Source of the DNA: Bacteroidota bacterium
GTDB lineage: Bacteria; Bacteroidota; Bacteroidia; AKYH767-A; 2013-40CM-41-45
Direction: 5' to 3'
Length of the DNA stretch: 64,000 nucleotides
Assembly (NCBI GenBank): GCA_043787975.1
Contig: JAYVUK010000001.1
Location: 38,347 to 102,346 of the forward strand
How positions within the stretch are numbered: the stretch's first letter is position 1; every line of letters begins with the position of its first letter. Under the pieces are notes generated by a model. It had not been told where the DNA came from. It saw only the letters and a program-made list of their open reading frames with translations, and did not search any database. Of this stretch, positions 18,245 to 27,765 are shown piece by piece. A program made the position numbers and the translations under genes.

Positions 18245-20050
18245 ATGAAAAAAATAGCCTTGTTCATTTCTCTTATTGTGGTTTTTACTTCCTGTAAAAA
18301 TGATGCTCAAAAGCACAAGGAAGAAGTTCAAAAGTATCTTGATGGATATAACAATACATACCGTGAACTCTATACTGCTTCGAGTGAAGGGCAATGGAAA
18401 GTGAATACACACATTGTGGAAGGTGATTCTTCAAATGCGTTGGAGTCAAGAAAGGCGGATGAAGCGATGGCGAAATTCACAGGCAGCAAGGAGAACATTG
18501 ACAAAGCAACGTCTTATTTAAAATGGGAAAAAGATTTAAGTCCTATCCAGGTAAAAGAGTTGAATAAAATTTTGTTTCTCGCCGCAGGCAATCCCGAAAG
18601 TGTTGAAGACAAAGTAAAGGAACGTATCAAAGCTGAAACGGACCAGACTGAAAAATTGTATGGTTTTAAATTTTCGATTGATGGAAAAGAAGTGACTCCC
18701 AATAATGTTGATTCCATTCTTACATCTTCAAAGGATTTGACAGCAAGAAAAAAAGCGTGGGAAGCAAGCAAGGAAGTCGGGAAGTCATTGAAAGGCGGGT
18801 TGATTCATTTGCGCGAGTTGAGGAATGAAGTGGTACAGGCGCTTGGTTACAAAGATTTTTTCACCTACCAGGTTTCCGAATATGGAATGTCCACGGAAGA
18901 AATGATGGACTTGCTCAAAAAATTTAATAAGGAACTCAATCCATTGTTCAGGGAGCTCCACACGTATGCGCGTTATGAACTGGCGAAGAAATATGGCGTG
19001 AAAGAAGTTCCCGATTACATTCCTGCGCATTGGCTGAGCAACCGCTGGGGACAGGATTGGGGTGAGATGATTACAGTTGAAGGATTGAATCTCGATAGCT
19101 CATTGAAGACAAAAGATGCTGAATGGATTGCAAAGCAGGGAGAAAAATTCTACGTCTCTTTAGGATTTGATTTACTGCCAAAAACTTTTTGGGAGCGGTC
19201 AAGTTTATATCCGGTTGCAAAGGACGCAGGTTATAAAAAGAACACACATGCTTCGGCATGGCACATTGATTTGCAAAAGGATGTTCGCTCCCTGATGAGT
19301 ATTGTTCCGAACTCAGAATGGTATGAGACTGTTCATCATGAATATGGACACATCTATTATTACCTCGCATACAGCAATCCTGATGTTCCTTACTTGCTCA
19401 GGGAAGGAGCTAACCGTGCTTACCACGAAGCATTGGGAAGCATGATGGGACTGGCGGCGAAACAAAAACCGTTTGCAGCCGGTTTGGGTTTGGTTGATGC
19501 GACAGCAAAAATAGATTCGATGAAGCAGCTGTTGAAAGATGCTCTTCATTATGTTGTATTTATTCCATGGAGTACCGGAACGATGAGCGTTTTTGAAAAG
19601 GAGTTGTATGCGAATAATCTTCCGGCTGATCAATTTAACAAACGCTGGTGGGAAATTGTAAAGGAATACCAGGGTATTGTTCCGCCTTCAGACAGGGGAG
19701 AGGAGTATTGTGATGCGGCGTCCAAGACCCACATCAACGATGATCCTGCACAGTATTATGATTATGCATTGTCATTCATTCTTCTTTTCCAGGTTCATGA
19801 TTACATCTCAAAAAATATTTTGCACCAGGATCCGCATGCAACAAACTATTTCGGCAACAAAGAGGTCGGTCGGTTCATCCAGGATATCATGCGCCCGGGA
19901 GGTAGTGGCGATTGGAGAAAGCTGTTAAAGGATAAAACAGGAGAAGACCTGAGTGCGCGTGCCATGCTCGATTATTTCTCTCCTTTGATGGATTGGTTGA
20001 AGAAAGAAAATACCGGAAGGAAATATACATTTCCTGCGATAGTCAATTAA
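18245..20050 (+). CDS. M2 family peptidyl-dipeptidase A (ACE homolog), lipoprotein
   Basis: HASAWH, HHEYGH zinc motif, REGANRAYHEALG; lipobox FTS|C. Start at ATG 18245, after TATATTTG (18215-18222). Confidence 0.9.
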   Translation: MKKIALFISLIVVFTSCKNDAQKHKEEVQKYLDGYNNTYRELYTASSEGQWKVNTHIVEGDSSNALESRKADEAMAKFTGSKENIDKATSYLKWEKDLSPIQVKELNKILFLAAGNPESVEDKVKERIKAETDQTEKLYGFKFSIDGKEVTPNNVDSILTSSKDLTARKKAWEASKEVGKSLKGGLIHLRELRNEVVQALGYKDFFTYQVSEYGMSTEEMMDLLKKFNKELNPLFRELHTYARYELAKKYGVKEVPDYIPAHWLSNRWGQDWGEMITVEGLNLDSSLKTKDAEWIAKQGEKFYVSLGFDLLPKTFWERSSLYPVAKDAGYKKNTHASAWHIDLQKDVRSLMSIVPNSEWYETVHHEYGHIYYYLAYSNPDVPYLLREGANRAYHEALGSMMGLAAKQKPFAAGLGLVDATAKIDSMKQLLKDALHYVVFIPWSTGTMSVFEKELYANNLPADQFNKRWWEIVKEYQGIVPPSDRGEEYCDAASKTHINDDPAQYYDYALSFILLFQVHDYISKNILHQDPHATNYFGNKEVGRFIQDIMRPGGSGDWRKLLKDKTGEDLSARAMLDYFSPLMDWLKKENTGRKYTFPAIVN

Positions 20051-20169
20051 TTTTCTCATTTTCCTTGTTGTCTTCATGGTTAATCCATTTGAGAATTTGC
20101 TCATCTTAAAATGGAATTGCTATCTTCGCGCGCTCAAAAAAATTAATCAAAAACTAGATAAAAAAATTC

Positions 20170-20862
20170 ATGAAAAGAAAATCAATAGTACTTGCTGTAT
20201 GTTTCAGCTTTAGCGCTCTTATTTCCTGTGAGGGACAAAAGGGTGGAGGAGATGTATCAATGAAAACAAAAACTGATTCAGTTGCTTATGCCATTGGAGT
20301 TACGATTGGAGGCAACATGAAAAAAGACGGACTTGATTCATTAAATCTTGACATCCTGATGAAAGCTATTCGGTCATCCATAAAAGGAGATAGCCTTAAG
20401 TTGAATGCGCAACAAGCGCAAGCATCTATCCAGTCTTATCTTGGTGACAAACAAAAGCAAAAAGCGGACGCTAACATTGCTGCTGGAAAGAAATTCTTGG
20501 ACGAAAACAAAGGTAAACCCGGTGTCATTACTCTGCCTGACGGATTACAATACATGGTTATGAAAGAAGGTACCGGACCAATGCCTGTAGCTACGGATAC
20601 GATCGTTATTCATTATCACGGAACCTTGATTGACGGAACTATATTCGACAGTTCAGTTGATAAAGGACAACCTATTACATGGGCTGTTAGCGGTTTTATT
20701 AAAGGATGGACGGAAGCTCTTCAAATGATGAAAGTTGGTTCAAAATGGAAATTATTTGTTCCTTCTGAGTTAGCCTATGGCGAAAGAGGTCAGGGTGCGA
20801 AGGTTCCCCCAAATGCAACGCTTATTTTTGAAATGGAACTTCTTGCTATCAAAGGAAAATAA
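20170..20862 (+). CDS. FKBP-type peptidyl-prolyl cis-trans isomerase (FkpA/Mip-like lipoprotein)
   Basis: DSVAYAIG N-domain, HYHGTLIDGTIFDSS, IKGWTEALQMM, PSELAYG. Confidence 0.93.
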   Translation: MKRKSIVLAVCFSFSALISCEGQKGGGDVSMKTKTDSVAYAIGVTIGGNMKKDGLDSLNLDILMKAIRSSIKGDSLKLNAQQAQASIQSYLGDKQKQKADANIAAGKKFLDENKGKPGVITLPDGLQYMVMKEGTGPMPVATDTIVIHYHGTLIDGTIFDSSVDKGQPITWAVSGFIKGWTEALQMMKVGSKWKLFVPSELAYGERGQGAKVPPNATLIFEMELLAIKGK

Positions 20863-20887
20863 GAGGTTCAATTTCATAGATTTTTTT

Positions 20888-20915
20888 AAAAGGCTGCCCT
20901 AAAGGCAGCTTTTTT
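20888..20915 (+). terminator. Intrinsic terminator
   Basis: AAAAGGCTGCC-CTAAA-GGCAGCTTTTTT. Confidence 0.8.
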
Positions 20916-20989
20916 GTTTGGAACAGTCCGTTAGCTCCTATTTTTGTAAAATTTATTCATTTATAATCAATAAGTTATATATTATTTGG

Positions 20990-21030
20990 TACTATGTATT
21001 GCAAAGTAATATTTAATAACAGTATCTTTG
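20990..21030 (+). promoter_or_regulatory. Promoter of the DUF2807-padR-pspC operon with a putative PadR operator
   Basis: Palindrome TACTATG-N5-CAAAGTA (20990-21008) overlaps a TTG -33 element; -7 element TATCTTTG at 21023-21030. Confidence 0.55.
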
Positions 21031-21081
21031 CTTCGCATTTAAAGAGGTTATACAAAGTACTAAATATAAAAACAAGTTAAC

Positions 21082-21804
21082 ATGAAAACTACGAACAGAA
21101 ATACCAACTCACAAAAATCAAATTCAATGAAATCTATGATTCACGAATCCTCAAATTCATCTTTTAGAAAGATGAGTAAAACAAAATCAATGTTTGTTGC
21201 AGTGATGATATCACTCACAACAATTTTATTCGCAAGTTGCAAATCTGCTTCAGCATCTGTTTCTGAAAACAGGATGGCCAACAACAATTTTTATGGATTG
21301 ATCTTAAAAGCGAATGCGCAGGTAATCCTGAGTCAGGGAACAGAAACATCGGTTCGTATAGAAGGGGATGAGAGCAGTGTTTCATCGGTTGAGACAACGC
21401 TTGATAATGGAGCGCTTGTTATCAACGGAACGAATGATCTTCCTGTTACGATCTATGTAACGATGGACGACATCAGTTTGATTGAAGTGAATGGAATAGG
21501 AAAAATTTTCAGCAATCAAATTTTGTACTCTGATATTTTGCTGCTGAAAGTGGTCGGATCAGGAAGCATCCAGGTGGATGTACGCACACTTTCATTGGGA
21601 ATGATTGTGAAAGGCAACGGAAAAATTTATGCGAAAGGAAGTACCGGTGACAGTTACACCAGGGTGCTCGGCAGCGGACAAGTGGTTGCAATGAACCTGG
21701 ATTCTGTAAAAATTACGACTGAATCCAGCACAGACAATGTGATGCTTAAACAGCCTTCTGAATTCAGTGGCAGACACGGTTCAGCTTTAAGAATCCGCAG
21801 GTAA
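21082..21804 (+). CDS. DUF2807 (GIN/Toastrack-like) beta-helix lipoprotein
   Basis: Repeated GxGxI motifs (NGIGKI, GSGSI, GNGKI, GSGQV); lipobox FAS|C. True start may be downstream. Confidence 0.78.
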   Translation: MKTTNRNTNSQKSNSMKSMIHESSNSSFRKMSKTKSMFVAVMISLTTILFASCKSASASVSENRMANNNFYGLILKANAQVILSQGTETSVRIEGDESSVSSVETTLDNGALVINGTNDLPVTIYVTMDDISLIEVNGIGKIFSNQILYSDILLLKVVGSGSIQVDVRTLSLGMIVKGNGKIYAKGSTGDSYTRVLGSGQVVAMNLDSVKITTESSTDNVMLKQPSEFSGRHGSALRIRR

Positions 21805-21876
21805 AAAATAATTGCTGCGTACAACGAATAAAAACAATAAGAATAACTAATCAATCAAACCCTAAATCTAAAAGCT

Positions 21877-22224
21877 ATGAGTAGTAACCTTGAAAATACA
21901 CAGGCTCAGATGCGCAAAGGGGTATTGGAGTTTTGCATTCTCTCCATCTTGTTACATACAGAAGTATATCCTTCTGATATCATTGCGAGGTTGAAAGAAG
22001 CAAAACTCATCGTGGTGGAAGGAACATTATATCCTTTACTCACACGATTAAAAAATGCCGGCTTACTTACGTATCGGTGGGAGGAAAGCAAATCAGGTCC
22101 TCCACGGAAATATTATTCTCTCACACCTCTCGGGGAAAAATTTTTAGAAGAACTTAGTCAGACATGGAACGAGTTAGTAGAGGCAGTTCACCAGACAACA
22201 AAAAAACCACAATCTCATGAATAA
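21877..22224 (+). CDS. PadR family transcriptional regulator
   Basis: QMRKGVLEFCIL, EGTLYPLLTRL, GPPRKYYSLT. Confidence 0.93.
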   Translation: MSSNLENTQAQMRKGVLEFCILSILLHTEVYPSDIIARLKEAKLIVVEGTLYPLLTRLKNAGLLTYRWEESKSGPPRKYYSLTPLGEKFLEELSQTWNELVEAVHQTTKKPQSHE

Positions 22225-23995
22225 AACAGTCACTGTCAACATCGGTGGAATCGTATTCCACATTGACGAAAACGCGTATGAAAAATTCAAACAGTACCTC
22301 GAATCCATCCGGAGCCATTTTACAACCTCTGACGGAAGAGATGAAATCATGCAAGACATTGAAGCGCGTATTGCTGAAATGTTCCAGGAACGTGTAAAAG
22401 ACAGCAAGCAGGTAATTACGCTTGAAGATGTGAATGAAGTCACACTCCTGATGGGTAAACCCGAAGAGTTTGCTGGTTCGGAACAAAAAGAAACAGAAGA
22501 AGAACCGGTTTTCACAGGTCCGGTAAAAAGAAGATTGTTCCGCAATCCTGACGACAAGCTTTTGGGTGGAGTTTGCTCAGGAGTTGCTGCCTACTTTGAT
22601 ATTGATCCGGTGTGGGTAAGGTTAATCCTGGCGGTTTCATTCTTCGTATTCGGATCTGGATTTCTGTTGTACATCATTCTTTGGGTCATCATTCCTGAAG
22701 CTAAAACGGCTGCGGAAAAATTGCAGATGAAAGGTGAAGCAGTAACCGTTTCAAACATTCAGAAGAATGTGAAAGAAGAAATGGAAGCGCTAAAAAAAAG
22801 AATGGATGAAATGAGCAAAGGCGGAACCAAAAAGGCAGGTACCGTAATCGGGAGAATATTTGAAGCGATCGGCGAGGTATTCGTTTTTATTTTTAGAGTA
22901 ATCGGAAAAATATTTGCAGCCTTCTTTATTTTCATTGCCATCGTTGTTCTTTTTGCATTGTTCGTTTCATTCTTTGCAGTCATCCATGTTCCGGGAACGC
23001 ATTATCCGTATATATGGAATCATGTTTTTGTTTCGGGCACACAATTCTTCTGGTCTTACATCGGTGTACTCTTATTGGTTGGAATCCCTTTCCTGATGAT
23101 AGGTTATGCCGCCGTAAAAATGCTTTTCAAAATTAAGAGGAGTTCAAAGATATTCGGGCTTTCTGCATTGGGGCTATGGATTCTTGGTTTGATAATCTGT
23201 TCAGCGATTGGAATAAAAATAGCGAGGCAGTTCAGTGAAAAGGAAAGTATCCGCAAAGAAGTCTCATTGATGCAACCTCCTGCGAAGAAGCTTTCCCTGG
23301 AAACGGATGAAATGAAAAACAATGAAAAGGACTACGGTGACGGATGGAAGATAGATTGGGATTCGGATGACATGGACCTGGTGGAGCGTGATAGCATACT
23401 CATCTCGCGCGACGTAAAATTAGATATTGTAAAAAGTCCGAACGATTCGTTTCAGTTGGTGGAAATAGTGTATTCCAGGGGTACTTCAAAAAAGAATGCT
23501 GCTGAAAACGCCACACACGTTGGCTATTCGTTTGTTCAAACAGATTCATTGCTTCGCTTCAATCGTTATTTCTCTCTGTATAAAGATGACCGTTACAGGG
23601 GACAACATGTTCAACTGGTATTGAAAATGCCTGTAGGCTCAACTGTGTATTTCGACAAAACCCTTCGTCATTTTATTTATGATGTTGAAAATGTTCAGAA
23701 CATATATGATAAAGACATGCTGGAGCGTACATGGAAAATGACAGACAAAGGTTTGGTCTGTGTTGATTGCACAGGTGATGAATCAACGATTGGCGGTGAG
23801 CGCGTTTCAGTTCATGACGAAGACGGAAGCCAGGTGGACATTGATGAAAATGGAGTCCATGTGAAAAGTGGAGACGGAAACCATGTTTCCATTGACAGCA
23901 ATGGAGTAGTCATCAAAGAGAATGGAAAGGAAATTATAAAGATTGATAAAAAAGGAATGCGCATTGATGCTGATGAAAAGAAAAAGAAAAAATAA
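22217..23995 (+). CDS. PspC domain-containing membrane protein
   Basis: N-terminal MNKTVTVNIGG..IDENAY..DIEARIAE; PspC motif RRLFRNPDDKLLGGVCSGVAAYFDIDP; multiple TMs; overlaps padR. Confidence 0.9.
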   Translation: MNKTVTVNIGGIVFHIDENAYEKFKQYLESIRSHFTTSDGRDEIMQDIEARIAEMFQERVKDSKQVITLEDVNEVTLLMGKPEEFAGSEQKETEEEPVFTGPVKRRLFRNPDDKLLGGVCSGVAAYFDIDPVWVRLILAVSFFVFGSGFLLYIILWVIIPEAKTAAEKLQMKGEAVTVSNIQKNVKEEMEALKKRMDEMSKGGTKKAGTVIGRIFEAIGEVFVFIFRVIGKIFAAFFIFIAIVVLFALFVSFFAVIHVPGTHYPYIWNHVFVSGTQFFWSYIGVLLLVGIPFLMIGYAAVKMLFKIKRSSKIFGLSALGLWILGLIICSAIGIKIARQFSEKESIRKEVSLMQPPAKKLSLETDEMKNNEKDYGDGWKIDWDSDDMDLVERDSILISRDVKLDIVKSPNDSFQLVEIVYSRGTSKKNAAENATHVGYSFVQTDSLLRFNRYFSLYKDDRYRGQHVQLVLKMPVGSTVYFDKTLRHFIYDVENVQNIYDKDMLERTWKMTDKGLVCVDCTGDESTIGGERVSVHDEDGSQVDIDENGVHVKSGDGNHVSIDSNGVVIKENGKEIIKIDKKGMRIDADEKKKKK

Positions 23996-24025
23996 TTTTA
24001 GTTAGACAACGAGTGGTTTCGTTAT

Positions 24026-24064
24026 AAGGCCTGTTCTTCTTTTGAAGAACGGGCTTTGTTTTTT
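24026..24064 (+). terminator. Intrinsic terminator
   Basis: AAGGCCTGTTCTTC-TTTT-GAAGAACGGGCTTT followed by a T-rich tail. Confidence 0.7.
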
Positions 24065-24164
24065 GCAAATGGTTTGCATATTGAATCGTATCTTTGTTCA
24101 TTATATTCAACTAAACGGATAGGTCGAAACCGATCAAAGTAGGCGACAAATAAAAAATACTACC

Positions 24165-24845
24165 ATGAAAAAATTACAAACTACCTTATGGCTGATCACA
24201 CTAGTTGCAGTTCTGTCTTCCTGTGATGCAACCAAGAAAATGAGTAAACAAGATAAAGGAGTTGCCATTGGTGCGACTTCAGGTGCCGTTATCGGTGGAG
24301 TCATCGGTCATTCCGGCGGCAACACAGCGATGGGTGCCGTCATCGGAGGTGTACTTGGTGGCGTTGCAGGTGGCGTGATTGGACATAAGATGGATAAGCA
24401 GGCGGAAGAAATAAAACAAATCAAAGATGCCAAGGTTGAAAAGGTAAATAATGGTGAAGGATTAAAAGTGACTTTCGATGCCGGTATTTTATTCGCCACC
24501 GGATCCAGTACGTTGAGTGCGGATGCCCAGGAGTCACTTTCAAAATTTGCTCAGACGTTGCTTAATAATCCCGAAACGAATATTGCTGTTTCCGGTCATA
24601 CTGACAACACAGGAAGTGATGCCATCAACAATCCTTTGTCTGAAAAAAGAGCAGCAAGCGTAGTCAATTTCCTCGTTTCAAAAGGAGTAGCTTCTTCCCG
24701 AATGACTTCTGTGGGAAATGGTTCTAATCAGCCGGTCGCAAGTAACTCAACTGCAGAAGGCCGTACAAAAAACAGGCGGGTTGAAATTGTCATTGTTGCA
24801 AACGAGAAAATGATCAAACAGGCTCAGGACGGAACTCTTAAATAG
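24165..24845 (+). CDS. OmpA family lipoprotein with glycine zipper
   Basis: Lipobox LSS|C, GAVIGG zipper, GHTDNTG, LSEKRA, NRRVEI. Confidence 0.93.
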   Translation: MKKLQTTLWLITLVAVLSSCDATKKMSKQDKGVAIGATSGAVIGGVIGHSGGNTAMGAVIGGVLGGVAGGVIGHKMDKQAEEIKQIKDAKVEKVNNGEGLKVTFDAGILFATGSSTLSADAQESLSKFAQTLLNNPETNIAVSGHTDNTGSDAINNPLSEKRAASVVNFLVSKGVASSRMTSVGNGSNQPVASNSTAEGRTKNRRVEIVIVANEKMIKQAQDGTLK

Positions 24846-24939
24846 GCTTGTATCCTGTCTCAATTTTTAGCAACCTCGATATCTGAAGCTTTGTTGTAAT
24901 AAACTCTACTTTTGACAATATTTATGTTATAATAAATAC

Positions 24940-25253
24940 ATGTCGAAAGAAGAAATACTTTACGTTTCAATTGGACAAAAAATGAAGAGTGCTGAACAAA
25001 GCCAGCTATTCGGCAAACCTTGTTTTAAAATAAACGGGAAAGCATTTATTTGCTTTTCCAAAACGAAATGGTTTTTAAACTTACAGGCGATATGCACAAA
25101 GAAGCATTAAGTCTGGATGGCTCCCAATTGTTTGATCCTTCAGGAAAGAAGCGACCGATGAAAGAATGGATCCAGGTATCGTTTGATCATAACGACAAAT
25201 GGGCTAACTATGCAAAGGCAGCGTTGAACTATGTAAGTGGAAAACCTGTTTGA
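24940..25253 (+). pseudogene. Small TfoX/YjbR-like protein split by a single-base frameshift (pseudogene or sequencing error)
   Basis: ATG 24940 frame reads MSKEE..SQLFGKPCFKINGKAFICF. It continues in another frame as FQNEMVFKL..FDPSGKKRPMKEWIQV. Adding one T to the T4 run at 25054-25057 joins them. Confidence 0.72.
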
Positions 25254-26605
25254 AACCAATTCCCAAAAGAACTTTAATACCCGTCATCACCGACTTGCTC
25301 GAATACAGTGAGGCGGCTAACAACACCATTTCCTATACGCGAAAGAAAATAGAGAAATATGGTGATGTCTGTGAATGTTCTTTTACGGGCGTCAAGAATT
25401 ATTTTATTCACGATCCTGAAGTGATTAAAGAAATTCTGACAACGGAAGGACACAAAATGAAACGCACGTATTTTTTTCGGGCGTTCAGGAAATTTTTAGG
25501 AGATGGTTTATTCACCAGTGATGGTGACTATCACAAGCGGCAAAGACGCCTGATGAAACCTGCATTTTATCCGCAGCGGATTGAAGAGTATGCAAACATC
25601 ATGGTGGCTTGCGCTGACGAGGAAATAAAAAACTGGAAGGATGGAGACATGATCAACATCAACCAGTCGATGACGAGAATTACATTGAAGGTAATTACCA
25701 AAGCCATGTTCAGTTCCGGGTTGGAGAATAATGCAATCGAAGAAGTCGGTGAAGATTTATCGATCGCTTTTGACGTGATGAATAAAATTCTTTCCAACCC
25801 TTTTTATGTGTATTGCCTCGATAAGGGAATTCACATTTCCATTGTGAAAAGGTTTTATAAACAAAGAGCCAAACTGGATCGTGTGGTGAACGGCATTATT
25901 GCATCCTACCGGAAAGAAGGAGACATGAGTAAAAAGGATTTGCTCACCATGTTGATGGATGCAAAAGACGAAGACACCGGAACAGGAATGACCGATGAGC
26001 AAATTCGTGATGAAGTAATGACATTCTTTTTAGCGGGGCATGAAACCACCAGGCTTGCTTTAACATGGACGTTGTATTTAATCGGTAAGCATCCCGACAT
26101 TGAAAACAAATTTCATGAAGAAATAAATGCAACCATTCATAACCGGTTGCCACAGGCATCAGATTATCAAGCACTGAACTTTACGAAAAATATTTTCAAA
26201 GAGTCATTGCGGCTGTATCCGCCGGCGTGGACATTTGCCAGGGAAACCAGGGAAGATGTGACCATCTGCGATTATCATTTCCCAAAAGGTTCGGTGTTAT
26301 GGACGATTACTTACCTGATGCATCACAATGAAAAATATTTTCACGATGCTGAAGAATTTATTCCGCAAAGATGGAATGAAGAAACTATAAAAGATATTCC
26401 GAAGTATGCTTACTTTCCTTTTGGAGGCGGGAGCAGAATGTGCATCGGTGAAGGATTTGCATGGATGGAAGGCATGTTGGTTTTGGCAACCATTGCGCAG
26501 CAATTTCGTTTACAACTCGCTGACGGTTTTTCAACTGAAATAAATCCGGTATTCACCTTGAAGACAAAGCAACAGGTGATGATGAGAGCAGTGAAGAATA
26601 CATGA
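25250..26605 (+). CDS. Cytochrome P450
   Basis: I-helix FLAGHETT, ExxR (ESLR), heme motif FPFGGGSRMCIG. Confidence 0.95.
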   Translation: MKPIPKRTLIPVITDLLEYSEAANNTISYTRKKIEKYGDVCECSFTGVKNYFIHDPEVIKEILTTEGHKMKRTYFFRAFRKFLGDGLFTSDGDYHKRQRRLMKPAFYPQRIEEYANIMVACADEEIKNWKDGDMININQSMTRITLKVITKAMFSSGLENNAIEEVGEDLSIAFDVMNKILSNPFYVYCLDKGIHISIVKRFYKQRAKLDRVVNGIIASYRKEGDMSKKDLLTMLMDAKDEDTGTGMTDEQIRDEVMTFFLAGHETTRLALTWTLYLIGKHPDIENKFHEEINATIHNRLPQASDYQALNFTKNIFKESLRLYPPAWTFARETREDVTICDYHFPKGSVLWTITYLMHHNEKYFHDAEEFIPQRWNEETIKDIPKYAYFPFGGGSRMCIGEGFAWMEGMLVLATIAQQFRLQLADGFSTEINPVFTLKTKQQVMMRAVKNT

Positions 26606-26654
26606 ACGAACATAAGAAGCAGAATAGACTGCTTATGAAAAAAAATATTTTTTT

Positions 26655-27674
26655 ATGATTACAAAGAAACTTGAGCTCATTGATGAGCAAACATCTCCGC
26701 TATTCAGAATCATGTGGGCTTACAACATCGATGAACCTGCGAGGAAACAATTCGGCAATAACATTTGTGCTTTTCACATCGGCAATGGTTTCGTCTTATC
26801 GGTCGCCCATAACCTGAGATCAGAAGCAGGTGCGATTAATTCGATAAGTGATGATATCTTTCAACAGGAAATTCAGCCGCACCTGAATCCGGCACAAAGC
26901 CAGGTTTTTGCACAATGGTATCCGTTGGATTCGGCTACGAATAAAAGATACCTAAGTGTTGCTGATCCGAATCATTCGAAAACCATTGTTGAAACCTTCA
27001 GGCAAATTAATTTTGATACACGTTGGCAGACGCTTGTTCAGAAAAAGATCTGCAAACCTCATTTGATTGTCCAGTTTAGAAATGATCAGTTTTACAATGA
27101 TGCATCACTAACAAAGAATTTTAATCCCTCTACATATTTTCATGAGCCGGCATTGAACCGCCATACATTTTTAATTGAGTTGGAATTTGTCCGGGCGTTT
27201 TATAGCGATGATATTTCCCTTTACAGGATTACGAATACGAACCAGGATATCATAGATAAACTTCCTTGTGTTGAAGTAAGCTATTCAATGTTGGATGACA
27301 GTGGATCGAATCTTTACTGCGTGCAGAGTTCGTCCGGCAGTTCATTAGGGCGACTTTTAAATACAGCAAGGATAGAAGGATATGCCGATAGCTGGTCGTT
27401 ATTCGCTGACAGGATAGGTGGGAACTACATCATGGATGGTAATCGTTATTTAATCAGGGGATATTTCAGGTTTGGTTCTTCGGGAGCACCGTATGTTGTA
27501 TATGATAGTACAGAAAAACAATTTAAAGTAAATGCCATTCAAAGCGAAGCGAGCGGTATTCAACTCTCCATTAACAACAACAGAGAGGGGAATTTTCAAT
27601 ACGTCAATGCAATCGCTTCGCCTTTAAAAAATATCAGGGAGGAACTTGAACGTCACATTAACCCTGCGTTGTGA
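26655..27674 (+). CDS. Divergent trypsin-like serine protease, no signal peptide
   Basis: Putative triad: AFHIGNGFVLSVAH (His), DDISLY (Asp), FGSSGAP (Ser). Confidence 0.62.
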   Translation: MITKKLELIDEQTSPLFRIMWAYNIDEPARKQFGNNICAFHIGNGFVLSVAHNLRSEAGAINSISDDIFQQEIQPHLNPAQSQVFAQWYPLDSATNKRYLSVADPNHSKTIVETFRQINFDTRWQTLVQKKICKPHLIVQFRNDQFYNDASLTKNFNPSTYFHEPALNRHTFLIELEFVRAFYSDDISLYRITNTNQDIIDKLPCVEVSYSMLDDSGSNLYCVQSSSGSSLGRLLNTARIEGYADSWSLFADRIGGNYIMDGNRYLIRGYFRFGSSGAPYVVYDSTEKQFKVNAIQSEASGIQLSINNNREGNFQYVNAIASPLKNIREELERHINPAL

Positions 27675-27765
27675 TGACAAATTTGTTGATCAGAGAACAA
27701 TGCCAGGCGAGTTAAAACTATTATTCATCATTTCATCTACAACTACAGGAATGTAACTTGCCGCC

